A stretch of DNA of 63,474 nt, counting the filler, from Thraustochytrium aureum (Eukaryota), in NCBI GenBank assembly GCA_012862495.1. It is 10 parts of 6 records of this genome, joined end to end, with 100 filler letters (N's around TTAATTAATTAA, not from the genome) between each part and the next. Parts side by side here need not be neighbours in the genome. Positions count along the whole stretch, not along the records: positions 41,832 to 49,177 come from BLSG01000052.1; positions 49,278 to 55,473 come from BLSG01000053.1; positions 55,574 to 56,953 come from BLSG01000057.1; positions 57,054 to 59,229 come from BLSG01000058.1; 6 more parts are not named here. One strand, 5' to 3'. Every line of letters starts with the position of its first letter. The stretch's first letter is position 1. The translations under genes were made by a program, and so were the position numbers. Of the stretch, positions 46,911-59,144 are shown piece after piece. A model generated the notes under the pieces. It did no database searches. It saw only the letters and a list, made by a program, of their open reading frames with translations, and was not told the origin of the DNA.

Positions 46911-48890
46911 TCAGGAGCGCACGAGGGCCAGCGCGAGGGCCCCTTGCGGCGTCTCGAGGAACAAACGGAGACGCTCGGCCGCTGCTGCTTGGTCCTCAGA
47001 CGGAACGTGGCAAGGCTTGTTGCGAATGGCCCCATTTTCGTCCACGTGCACGAAGGGCCCATAAAACCCGCCATACGTACCCATGGCGGCCTTGCAGGCC
47101 TCAGGGGAGGGCTGGCCGCGGTCCGGCTCAAAGTTGTCCTTGTTGAGCTCACGCAGCCGTGCAAAAAGGCGCTCGACAACGTCCGGATGATCGCTCGACA
47201 CCTCAGAGTCTTCATTCGGGTCCTTTGCGATGTTGAACAAGCAGCCATCCCCGCAAAAGCGCCCGCGCGTCAGGGTGGACTTGATTGCAGCCTTGCCCCA
47301 TCCATCAGCGTGCACGTCGAACGTGGTGTAGTTTTCCGGAAAGGTTCTAAAGATGGCCTTGTCGGACCCAGTGATGAGCTTCCAGGGGCCTGAAATGATG
47401 GTTTTGCTGGAAATGTGCATCTCGGATCGCGGGCCCTTGCCGAGCGGCACCTGGCCAGAGAGCAGGGGCCACTGGTTCAAGCCGTCAACGGCAGGGAGCG
47501 AGTACTTGTCCGCCCTTTCGTCAAAGCTGTCGACGCCGGCAACAGCGCACAGTGTCGTGTACCAATCGGACACGTGGATGTAGTCGTCCACGACTTTGCC
47601 GCGCATCGGAACGGGCACGGCGCCGCCGGATACGAACGCGTTCACGCGGATGCCGCCTTCCCAGTCCGAGGTCTTTCCGCCGCGCAGCGGCCGGTTTGTG
47701 GCAGCTCCAAAGGTGCTGCGAAAGTGCGGTTTGGTTGGCGAAAGCATCGAGCCGTACTGGAAAGCGTCGTCGCGGATTCGTCAGCAGGGATCTGGGCCAA
47801 GCCATCGCTCATCCGCAGCTAGCTCACTCTCGTACACGTCTTCGTCGCCGTCGACGTCGCCGTAGGGTACGAGCCAGAGGGCCAGCGAAGGATTCAGCAG
47901 CGAAAGGGCCAAGGTCGGCCGGGTCAACAAGCGGCAAGAAAAACTTACGATTGGTCCGCCATTGTCGCTGGAGACGATCAGGAGCGTGTTCTGCCACATG
48001 CCCTTGCGCTGGAGCGCGGCGACCATCTCGCCTAGGGAAGAGTCCATGTACTCGACCATGGCCGCATAGCGGCGACGATCAGGGTTGCTCAAAAACGAGT
48101 ATCGCGTTTCGATTTCGGGTGGGGGTTGCAGCGGGGTGTGGATGCTGCGGAAAGCGTGGAAGAGGAACAGCGGCTCGTCTTCCTTGGTGGCGTCGTGCGC
48201 CAGAATGGTGGCCACGCTGTGATCCGTAAACATGTATTCCTCCCATGCAGTGCCGTTGAGCGTGCGCGCAGGCCCGGTCGTGTTCCAGAGGTCGACGAGC
48301 TCGAGGCCTTGCTTTTGGCAGAGGTCCTCGTGCACAGTGCTCCCAGCGTCGAGTCGCTGATTGAGCATCGAGTTGGCGTGGTGAAAGTAGCCGAAGAAGG
48401 TCTCGTATCCGCGGCCCATTGGCGTCTGTTCGTATGTCGCCATCCCGGCGTCCCACTTGCCGGTCATGTGGGTCCTGTACCCAGCCGAGCGCAGCTTTTC
48501 GGCAATGCCGGTCATCTTTGTCGGAATGCCGGAAAAGCCGCTCACGGGGTCATTCGGGTTGACGGAGATCGGGTCTGTGTTTTCCACGCTCACGTGTACG
48601 GGGAGGCGCCCGCTCTGCAGCGACGACCTCGACGGCGAGCAGTAGTTGTACGTGTAGTGCCTGTTCAATTCAACGCCTGCCTTGACGAGAGCATCGATGT
48701 TCGGCGTGTTGATCTCTTCGTCAGCGTGCGGGTTGCCGGTGTTTCTCTTGCGGTGGTATCCGACGTCGTTCCAGCCCCAGTCATCCACGAGGACGAGGAG
48801 AACGTTGGGCTTTGCGCCTTGCGCTTTGTCGGGGGCGAGCGCGACCGTCGCTGCGGCCAACGCGATGGCGAGCGCTGCTCGTGCAGCCAT
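46911..48890 (-). CDS. Secreted arylsulfatase (formylglycine-dependent S1 sulfatase), two exons
   Basis: Signal peptide; PNVLLVLVDDWG, CSPSR, GKWD, SSDNGG, PLRGGK...WEGG; intron 47757-47948 (GTAAGT...CTGAC...CCAG) joins GGPI to YGSML in frame. Confidence 0.93.
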
Positions 48891-49278
48891 GGTGCTCCGA
48901 GCGGTCCTTGTGCTCTGTCCGTCTGTCCGAGTCTGTCCGAGTCTGTCTTGTCTGCCTGTCTCGTTGCGCTTCTTCCTTCGTTGCGGGTTTGCCGTGCATC
49001 ATGTGTCAGTGCTCTGTGACTGGGAAAAACATGTGGCTCATTCTCCATGCCTTTGCGGTTCGAGAGCTCAGCGGGACACCGTGGCCAACGAGGTCGGCGC
49101 AGAGCTGACCACGCAGTGCGCGAAGGCGGTCGAGAGCGATGGTGCCACCGCCAGGTTGGATCATCCACAAGGACGGTNNNNNNNNNNNNNNNNNNNNNNN
49201 NNNNNNNNNNNNNNNNNNNNNTTAATTAATTAANNNNNNNNNNNNNNNNNNNNNNNNNNNNNNNNNNNNNNNNNNNNA

Positions 49279-52200
49279 GACCTGGCTTGAATTCGAAGTC
49301 GGGTTGATGAGCGTCGATGCGATTGGACCACCTGTTTGCTCGCAGATTTGTCCATAGCTGCTTTGCGAAGACTTGGTCGTCTGCGCGGTAGAACTTGTAG
49401 GATGACGTGCACACGTCGGAGACGACGAGGGCGCCATACGCCTCAGTTGTCACACTTTCGCCGTCGACTTGAACTTCGCGGATAAGCGGAACTGGGGGTA
49501 GATCTGAACTCGCTTCACCTCGGGCAGGTCTGCTTTCCTTTTGTCTTGCGAAGTTTGCGCCTTGGCCAGGTCTGCTCCCGTTTCGCCCTGCGAAGATTGC
49601 GCTTGGGAGCTAGTGTGAGGCGCGCAGGAACAGGACAGGGCCTTGTCCAAGCCCGTAGTGAGGGCCTCATGGACGATGGCTTCACGCTCGCCCTTGGCAA
49701 AGGCGTAGCGCGAGAAAATGCTGCAAACTGAAGCCAACGTGGCGAGTACGACTCCCAACACGAGAAGCTCCCGCGCGGTTTCGCCATTCGTCACTTCAAA
49801 GGCAGACTGCAAAGTGACGACCATAACAACCAGACCGAGCACGCGGAGCGCGACACCAACCGCGCCGCCGCCGACCCGCACGAGATGATTGAATCGAATC
49901 TCGTCCGCCGTGGCATTGAATCGCGCTTTCCAACGCGTCCACCGCTTCTTGCTCTGAAGCAAGGCGTCGTACAGCTCGCGCCTTCGCTGTCTTGGGCGTT
50001 GGGTAGTCGCGTCTTGGGCAATCCTTCCCACTTGCGAGACAGTATCCACCCAGGCCGGCAAGAGTTGCTCGACCAGAGCTGGCTGGTTGAAAACGTTGTG
50101 CAGGTAGTTGGCAACCTCCGGGAGTTGCGCGAGCTGCAAGACGGCCTGCAGGAACGAAAAGAGAAGAAATGGGCGCTCTGCAGCATCGGCCAATGCCGCG
50201 AGCCAGCACGCGGAGGGCAAGGCTGCGAAAGCAAAGGCGAGCAGCAATCCGATACAAATCTTGGTGATCTCCTCACCGCCAGGCGTTGCTGGCCACCTGG
50301 CCAGCTTATCTCGCCAAACCACGCTAATCCCGAGGAAGACGAGGGCGACCACTGTCCCAACGACGATGCCCGTCGTTGCCTGCGCGTCCGCTTGCACAAA
50401 GCGGGTGGGGACCACCATCGCACTGACCACACCGACCAACATGATCCATTGGATCGCTGTGAAGCGCTTGACCGGTCCGAAATTGAAACCCCTTAGAAAG
50501 TACAAGCCCGCAAAGATGAGCAAGCGAGGACCAACGCGGGCACAGCGATGAGGTACAGCAGGCTCACGATGGATAGCGCAAACAGGTCGATCACGAATTC
50601 ACAGGTCAGTCTGATGAGATACCAGAGCCACTTTCGGGCAGGCAGCTCGTCGAGCGGGTTTGCGATGAACTCGTGAACCTCGTTGGGCAAGTTTTCGCGT
50701 GGAACATCGAGCACGTCTTCGCCCTGCGGCGAAGCGAGCAAGTCCTTAGCGGTACGTGGAGCCTTCCTTTCCGACACGTCTCTTCCTTGGCCTTTCTCGT
50801 TTTTGCCTTGCTTGCCCTTGTCCTTCGGAACAGCGGCCGCCCGCAACACGGTGTCTGGTGCAACAATCGCTTGTCGTTTCAACACGCCGTACGTTCGGTT
50901 GACTCGTGGAAACACACGGAGCAAAGACAACTGGCTGGACATGGCTCCACGAAGCAAGATCCCGGCCATGAGAAAGAAGCCAAAGAGCCCCACGCCACCG
51001 AAAGCCGCGTTGGCCCGGTCGCTCAGGCAGCCGACGGATGGGTCGCTCGGATAGTGGATGATAAACAGAGCACCGAGCCCGGCACAGGTCAAAACGCAGA
51101 CCACCACCGTTAGAACGGCGATCGATACCTGCTTGGCCTTGAGCAGGACCTGCGTCGAGTGCATGACGACGGCGGCGAAAAGCACGAGCGTAAAGGCGAC
51201 CCAAGGGTTGTTCTGGTGGGAGCAGATGCGGTATTCGGCGCCCTCAAGCATCCGCCGCTCAGAGCGGCCTTCGCAAACGCTGATCCGCTTGGTTTCCGAG
51301 TGCTCGGTGAACACGAATACTGCGAATGCGATGACTGCGGCGCCAAGAAGGCTCAAGCAGGTCCACACGGCGAGCTGAACACTGTCCGGCTCTCTGCAGC
51401 AACCGCTTGCGAAAAGCACCACAGCGCCAGACAGCACGAGGGAAGCGCCATAAGCGACGATGATCCCCGACAGCCCGTGCATGTAGGCCACTGGTTCTCC
51501 ACCTGGGAGGCCAGGGCAAAGTGTAGGTGCCTGGGTCGGCGTGCCCGTCGGGTTCGCCGTGGGCGACGTGCTCGGCGAGGCCGTCGTCGGCGACAGCGTG
51601 GGCGTGCCCGTCGTCGGCGACTGTGAGGGCGCCTTGGATGGCGACCGAGACGGCGCCTTGGTGGGCGAGCGCGTCGGCGACGCGGTGGGGCCAGCTGTAG
51701 AAGGGGCCTGGCTGGGTGCTTTGGTAGGCGACCCGAGGGCCCGCGCGAGGGCGAGCCGGTAGGAGTCTTGGACGGGGTCCTGGTCGGCGAAACGGATGGC
51801 CCCTTTGACGGAGAGCTCGTTGGCACGCGAGTGCAGCCTCGAAAGTTGGTGTCCGGGTTTGGCTCGAAAACCGAGCTCTTGAGGAAGTCAAAGATCTTCT
51901 TTCTCCGGTTCGCCGCCCGTGATGTCCAGAAACCTGAGTTTCGAGCTGCTGCTTGACGGCCGCGACAGCCACGGACGCGCGGTTGTATCGTAGATCGTCT
52001 CGTAGAATGCGCAGACGTCGTCCTGCGCCAGCTCGGGGTCAAAGTAGTACTTGTAGTCTGCAAACTCGGAGGCCAGGTCCTGGTAGATCGGGAGGTACAG
52101 GATGGCCTCAAAGTTGGGGTCGATCGTCACGTCGCAGTACGCGGGCGTGTCGCACTCACCGCTTGTAATATTGCAAACGTCGCCCTTGTCGATCCACTCG

Positions 52201-53059
52201 GTCGCGTTGCTCCGGTCCCGGAGTCCGAGCATGTTGCTTAGCGCTAGGGTGGCGCACAGCTTCGTGTCCACGTTCCGGCCGAACAATTTTTCGACGTCAA
52301 AGCCGTACTGCTTGCAACTATCAATGTCACCAATACTATCGAGGACAAACATGATCGGCACTACTCTGCGCTCCAGGGTCGCGGCCTTGGTTGCCGCCAC
52401 GTGGTCGAGCGTCGCGATCATCGCCTCGTGGAGGTTTGACCCGGTCGAGTTGAAGCTCGGGTTGAACATTGTCCTGTCAAACAGCTCGTTCACCGTGTCG
52501 TTGAACGCTTGCTCCGAGCCCAGCTCGGCGCTGCTTTCAACCGCAAAGTTGTCGCCCGCGAAAGCAATCACCCTGGCGACCGCGTCCAGCTGGGGTGCTG
52601 TTCGCAGCCCGTCCAGCCCGAGAATCGACCCTGTCGCGAGCACGGTGTCTCGGTACTGCTGGCGAAGCGTGGCGCTCATGCTTAAAATCGTGGAAACGTC
52701 GACCATCAAGATGAACTCGACAGGGCACAAGGCAAAGTCCTGGTCGAAGGGCGGGTTGCGTTCTGGTCCGTCATCTGGGCCTTGGGCGTCGAGGAGCACC
52801 GTGGGGGCCGTGTCCAGGTGGAACAGCCCGTGGCCCCAAGTTCGCGTTTCGGCGCTCGAGTCTGCGATCCCGTCGTTGTCCGAGTCCAAGTCGCACGCGT
52901 TCGGGTCGGTCAGGCAGTCCCCGCGTCCTTGGTAAGCATCCACAGCGCCACCGCGCCAAGCGCGACGAAAACGACGATGTTGATCGCCTTGACCAGTCGG
53001 CTCGCCGTCGCGGGCCAGTCCTTCGGCCAGGGTTGCTTGGAGCACGGCGCCATCTCCAT
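49279..53059 (-). CDS. Large membrane protein: N-terminal TM, Ca-binding DxDxDG motif, VWA-like domain, Pro/Thr/Ser stalk, multi-pass TM region (several frameshifts; may continue past the gap to ~49006)
   Basis: ATG 53059 gives ...AINIVVFVALGAVALW; DLDSDNDGIADS; VEFILMVDVS (MIDAS-like start); SPT repeats at 51540-51830; hydrophobic ORFs 50493..51491 and 49450..50523. Confidence 0.65.
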
Positions 53060-53473
53060 CGCGACTGCCGTTGCAGGACTGTCGCAGCGCTGTGCTTCCG
53101 ACCCCGCGCTCCTCTGCTCGCGTCACCACGCTGACGAATGATGAGTGAGCGCAACGCATGCAGTGACCAACAGACGGACACGCAAGAGCTTCTCACCGTT
53201 TCCTGAAGCGCAAGTTCACGGCGGCACCGGCACCACCACGTGCCGACTGCATCAATTCCAGTGGTGGCAAGGCGAGAAAGAGCGCGCATCGATCCACCCC
53301 TTCGCCCTCGCTGCGACATGAACGGGTCCAATACGCGCGGCCCCCGGCCGAGGCAGCTGGCAAGTCGCACCCGCCCCACTCGTGACCGACCGTCCGTCAC
53401 GCAACCGGTCAGTCGGTCGGAAGCCACGCGGCGCGTGCCCTATTTCGCTGAGCCGCGCAGGGAGACCCTGCAT

Positions 53474-53552
53474 TCGCACGCGCGCACGCACGCACTCACG
53501 CACGCACGCACGCACAAAAACCACGAACGCACGAATGCACGCACGAATGCAC
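53474..53552. repeat. (GCAC)n microsatellite
   Basis: Directly visible. Confidence 0.8.
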
Positions 53553-54565
53553 GGCAAGCGCCAGCCTGTCTGGGCACGGGCTCGAGCACACTCCCGTCGA
53601 CTTGCTGAGTGTACTCTTCTACGAGCTCCACCTCGGGCAACGCACCTCGCTCGCTCTTTCTTCGAGTTGTTCTGAGCCCACTCAAGAGTATCCTCCCGGC
53701 ACAACACCGGCAGAGGGCGCTCTCTCCGCACGCCGCAACGCGCTGCGCTGCTCGTGCGATCGATCGCGGCCATGGCGTCTGTCTGCCGGCCGGCGGCCGA
53801 GCGCGGCTTTTCCTGCCGCGATCGATGCGGCTGCGCGCCGCATCGAGGACGAACGAAGGCCTCGGGCCTTGCTCCCTGCGCTCCAGCCCTGCGCCCGCCC
53901 GCCTGCCCGCGGCGCATGGCCTGGCTGGCTGGCTGGCTGGCTGGCTGGCGTGCGGCGAGAATGGGTCTGTCTGGCAGGCTCGAGGGCTGGGATGGAGCAC
54001 GTGGGACGCGCGAGGCTAGAGGGATGCGGCATGATGAACGCGCGCTCGGCTCGCATCATGCTCGCGATGCTCGANNNNNNNNNNNNNNNNNNNNNNNNNN
54101 NNNNNNNNNNNNNNNNNNNNNNNNNNNNNNNNNNNNNNNNNNNNNNNNNNNNNNNNNNNNNNNNNNNNNNNNNNNNNNNNNNNNNNNNNNNNNNNNNNNN
54201 NNNNNNNNNNNNNNNNNNNNNNNNNNNNNNNNNNNNNNNNNNNNNNNNNNNNNNNNNNNNNNNNNNNNNNNNNNNNNNNNNNNNNNNNNNNNNNNNNNNN
54301 NNNNNNNNNNNNNNNNNNNNNNNNNNNNNNNNNNNNNNNNNNNNNNNNNNNNNNNNNNNNNNNNNNNNNNNNNNNNNNNNNNNNNNNNNNNNNNNNNNNN
54401 NNNNNNNNNNNNNNNNNNNNNNNNNNNNNNNNNNNNNNNNNNNNNNNNNNNNNNNNNNNNNNNNNNNNNNNNNNNNNNNNNNNNNNNNNNNNNNNNNNNN
54501 NNNNNNNNNNNNNNNNNNNNNNNNNNNNNNNNNNNNNNNNNNNNGGGGAGGTTGATCTCGCTGGC

Positions 54566-55157
54566 ATGATGCAGGAAGCCGGTGGTGAGGACCTGTCATG
54601 GCTGGCGAAGGCAAAGGAATCCGGGGCCGCGGCCGCCAAGTGGGCCAAGGCGAAGCCAACCGAGATCGCAAGCGCGACAGCGAGCGTTGTCGGCGCCGCG
54701 GGAAGCTCGAGCGTGGGCATGGCTGTCCTGAACACGTGCGGGTTTACCGCGAACGGGGTCGCTGCCGGGTCGCTGGCAGCGGCCGCGCAAGGACCCGCAA
54801 CGGTAAGCGGCAGCTTCTTTGCTCTCAGCCAGAGCGCTGCTGCGACAGGCGCTTTCGCGCTGTCGACCACCGTCTTGATGGCCGCCGCTGGGGCTGTACG
54901 CGGCAGGCGGGGCAGTGTACGGGGCTAAAGGAGCCTATACTCGCTGGAACCGGCCGCCTGCTGGGGACTCGAGCGCCGCGGACCAATACACCCGCGAACA
55001 ACTTGAGACGCTGGACATTGAACAGCTCGTCGAAATACTCGTGCGCGTGAGCGACTCTGGAGAAGAAATACTGGTGCTGGGCGTAGCACGGGCAGACTTG
55101 ATCGAAAGGATCCTCGAAGCGCAGCGCAAGCAAGCCTCGTCTCGCAAGTCCGGCTAG
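54566..55157 (+). CDS. IFI6/IFI27 (ISG12 / Ifi-6-16)-like small hydrophobic protein with C-terminal extension (frameshift near 54910)
   Basis: GFTANGVAAGSLAAAAQ....SGSFFALSQSAAATG matches the family pattern GF...G.AAGS.AA..Q.......GS.FA..QS.GA.G. Confidence 0.8.
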
Positions 55158-55473
55158 GCGAAACGCCGCGCTCGCGGGCGGCGCGCCAGCCGCACACCAG
55201 CTAACGAAAGAGACGCAACAAACTTAATTTCCACACGAACGTGCACCAGACGCAAGCGCTCGATGGCGTCGTGCAGCCCGAACGTGAGCGCGTCACACCG
55301 CTGCTTGCGGAGGGTCGTCCTTGCTGGTGAGCTTGGGCTGGTTGGCCGAGAAGATGTCCAGCCGGACAAATGTCTTGGTCAGATCGCGGCCCTTGTAGTG
55401 CTCGAGCAGCGAGTGGACCAGGTCGCAGTACCTCGAGATGCGCGCCTGGGAGACGAAAGCGCCCTGGTAGGTC
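55154..55473 (-). pseudogene. Fragment of a HET/TIR-like domain of the type found N-terminal to TPR arrays in protists; disrupted
   Basis: Manual translation TYQGAFVSQARISRYCDLVHSL...TFVRLDIFSANQP, stop at 55293, then LTFGLHDAI in another frame; resembles FVSHAW...VWLDIFxxNQ. Confidence 0.5.
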
Positions 55474-55573
55474 NNNNNNNNNNNNNNNNNNNNNNNNNNN
55501 NNNNNNNNNNNNNNNNNTTAATTAATTAANNNNNNNNNNNNNNNNNNNNNNNNNNNNNNNNNNNNNNNNNNNN

Positions 55574-56704
55574 GTGCTGGAGCCTCCCACGCCCGCCGGC
55601 TTTGCAGAAGGCCGCGCGTTCGACGCGGCCTTCACCCTTGCCTCGGGCTGCTCGAGGAGCACGAGGAAGAGCGTGAGGTTGTCGCTGGAAAGGCGCACGC
55701 TCGTTGACTCGCGCAGGACCGCCTTGTAGGCCGCTTCAAGCCGCTCTCGAAACCCCTCCGGATCCTCTCCTGGGCCCTCGAGCACGGAAAACTTTTTCAG
55801 GATCTGCACCACCTCGGCGCTAGACATGGCGTCCCAGAGTCCGTCGCTTGCAAGGAGGATGGCGCGGTGGTGCGGCTGGCGCCGCACGCGCGTGACATCT
55901 GGCTCGTTGCTGATCGGGCAGAGCCGCCGCGGCGCGTTGACCGGTTTGTACGAGACGTCGCCCAGTGTGCGCGACACCGCAAGGTCCCCGTTGACGCGAA
56001 AGTCGTCAATGAAGCCCCCGGCGAGCAGCACCCGGCGCTCTTCAGAGGCGACTGTCGGCTTGTGGTCGAGCGTGACGAACTCGAGCGAGTAGTCCTCGTT
56101 CACCAGGATGCCGCGCGAGTCGCCGAGGTTGCCAAAGGTGATCGAGTCCTTGTCGAGCAAAGCAAAGGTCAAGGTGGTGCCGTTGTTCTCGGAGGCGATG
56201 GGAAGCAGGCGACGAAGGCGACTGTCCAGCTCGGTGATTGACCGGTCTAGCTTGTCTCTGAGGCGGGTCTCGCCCGCCTCTGGGCCGCCATTGTCGTTCA
56301 GGTGTTTTTCAACCATGTTGGCCAGGTGCCGCGCGGCGTAGTCGGCGACGATGTGGCCCTCGCCCTCGAGGCCGTGGCCATCCAGTACGGCGTACAGGGC
56401 GCGCGAGCCTCCGCAGATGCGCGCAGCGATGTATCTGTCCTCCATGTACGGCCTGTACCCCTGGCTCTCCACGAGGGAGTAGGCGGCTACTCCGAGAGGG
56501 GTCGGGTCCTCGGGGGGTCCACACCACGCGATAGGGCGGGAGTCCGGCCCACAGGCGCCTCAGCTTTTCGTTACATAGCGTCAGACGCAGACAGCAGCTC
56601 AGCTTGAACTGAGCGATCTCCTCCACGAGGGGCGGCGGGTCAGGGTTCGGGTCCAACGGCGCTCGAGCCTCCCCAGGTTCTTGCGGCGCGGTCCCCTCCT
56701 CCAT
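55574..56704 (-). CDS. PP2C (PPM) protein phosphatase
   Basis: QGYRPYMED, VLDGHG, GTT, NLGDSR, DHKP, LAVSRTLGD, LASDGLWD, SDNLT; probable ATG 56704 with frameshift at the G-run near 56515; 3' end in gap. Confidence 0.92.
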
Positions 56705-57053
56705 CCGCCCAGCCAGAACGCCGCAGCAGCCGCCGCCGCAGCAGCCGTAGCACGCCGTCGCGATCGACCGCACCCCGCTCGCGGTCCAGCCCCGTTTCAT
56801 CCACCGCCGACCCGCGCCAAGGTCGGTCGCTGCTGCTTGTCCAAGCCTCGCGCCCGCTTCCTTCCTCCTCTTTCAGCTGCTCCAGCTCCAACAGCTCCTC
56901 CTGCGTCTCGTGCGCCTTGGCCAGCGCGCTCCACACCGCCCCCAGAGCGCTCTNNNNNNNNNNNNNNNNNNNNNNNNNNNNNNNNNNNNNNNNNNNNTTA
57001 ATTAATTAANNNNNNNNNNNNNNNNNNNNNNNNNNNNNNNNNNNNNNNNNNNN

Positions 57054-59144
57054 CAAACACGCCCCATGGCTGACAAAAAGCGAAGTGGGAAGCAGCAGCT
57101 TGGAAGGTTTGGCCAGGTAGATCTCCTCAACAGAAACCCCGAGCTCGAGGCGCTCCATGTCGATGGTCCAGACAACCGCGCAGGGGTTGCCCTTTCGCGG
57201 CCCACCACTTTTGAGGTGCCCGAGCCCAACGACGTAGCGGTCTGCGACGACTTGGCCAGCTGTCGTTGGTTCGAAGCTGGCCAAGTCCGCCGATGCGACC
57301 GTGCGGGAACTCGCCAATGGGTCAAGCCTCTGCTGGAAGAAGTCTGACGTGGCCCCGCTGCGCATCGAGTCAACTCGAGCAATGCGAAGCGGCCAGAAAC
57401 TCTCCACGAAGAAGAGCGTCGCGTCCATCGAAAACGGCCCACACGCCGACCCGCCCACCCCGCCGTCGAGCTGTACCTTTTCGCCGCTTGACGAAACGAG
57501 ATAGCGCCCGTCTGGCTTGCGGCCGCCGTCACTTTGGCCGTAGCCTGCCAGAGCCTGAGAGCTTTGGGCCTGCACAAGCGACCACAACTCCCCTTGGTGG
57601 ACCACGGCACACGGGTTGAGCCCCGGGCCGAGGGCGTGGGGCGCCACCCCGTTCAAGTTGAATGCGGCGTCGAGCGGCTCCAAAAACAGCTCCGAGCCCC
57701 GAAACTGGCCGTCCGTCAAAGATTGCTCCCAAGCCGCGGTTTCGACGCGCCGATACACGACGCCGAAGGAAACATTGCCGAATTGCGAGTCGATCATCGG
57801 CACGACCGCAGAGGAGACCACAGGCCGCTCCGCCGTCTTGTCCACTGAAGTGCGCACCCGCTGGATGCGCGAAAGGGAGAGGTGGCCCTCGTCCGTGGAC
57901 CCAGTCTCCACGAGCTCGAGAACCCAGCTAGGCGGGTCGGCGAACGGAGCTGGAAAGGCGAAGCGCGACTGCGCGCTGGTGTGCAGAACGAGCGTCAAAG
58001 ACAAGACACGCGACAGCGCTGGGAGAGACATCGCCCCGAGGAGGCCCAGCGGCCCGACCCAGCGAAAGATCATTCGCAGTCGATTGCGCACTCGCCTCTT
58101 GTCTTCCTGGTCCACGATTACGGGGCTCTGCTCATACAGGAAAGAAAAGCCAAGGCAAGCCAGAAGCGAAAGGATTCCAGGGAACGTGGCGTGCTTGTCC
58201 CACATGAGAACGTTGATGAGAATTGTGAGCGCCTTGCAGGCATCCCCAACGACGGAGAAGGCTGTTGCCGAGACCACCTCGCGCGCCGCGAAGGCGAAGT
58301 AGCTCATGAGCGTGCCGAACACGCAGCTCACCAGGAGCCACAGCAGGCCGATTCCGCTGGCTGCAGAGGCCGCCTCGGCGACCTGCCAGGCCTCGCCCGT
58401 CAAGGCGTTGATGACAACTAGCGGGGCCAAGGGCAGCAGGTTGGTGTAGAAGACGCGCCCCCAGGTGGACATGTCCACATTGTCGACAATGTGCTTGATA
58501 TAGATTTGGTTGACGCAGAAGACGACGTACCAAGTCACGGCCCAGAAGACAGAGTTGACCGTGAACTGCGCCGACTCGAACACAAGGTAGCCGAGCCCGG
58601 ACAGAAAGATCCCCACAAGGCAGGCGGTGGACCTTGTGCTCGGGAGGTCGCGGTTCAGAAACACGGCGTCGAGCACGGAGAGGGCCAGCGGGGCCGAGGC
58701 CCGAAACACGATAAAGGTCTCCACGTTGGAGAACTGGAGCACTTTGATGTTGCTGTAGACCGTCAGCAAGAACACGGCCGGCACAATCCAAAACCTCTTG
58801 GTCGTTTCCCAGTCCAGCGCGTCCACCTCGATGCACTGCATCCGTCCAGCGGCCCACGTAAAAGCACTTGCGCTCGCGAGCTGCAGAAAGAGGATTACGG
58901 ACGGCAGGGGCAAGTGCGACACCGCGAGCTTGTTCACCACGAGCAGACTGGCCGACACGCCCATGTACCCGCCCACGGCGAAAACCCGCTTGGTCCGCGT
59001 CGTCCGGGCGAGCGAAGCAGTGGCCGTCGTGTCCGCATCCTCCTCCTCCGCCAACGCGAACTCGCCCGATTCGATCGCGGTGTCCGGCCCAGGACTGCAG
59101 TCGTCCTCCACCGTGCTCACCACCTTGTAGCTTATCGAAGCCAT
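57054..59144 (-). CDS. GDP-sugar transporter (GONST3/4, SLC35D-like) fused to a C-terminal globular domain; 3' end in gap
   Basis: LLVVNK, SNIKVLQFSNVETFIVFR, WGRVFYTNLL, SATAFSVVG..CK.LT..IN..WDKH; uninterrupted ORF continues ~350 aa. Confidence 0.9.

Noticed and set aside
47781..47948. Sulfatase split into two ORFs
   Set aside because: Explained by a canonical in-frame 192-nt intron
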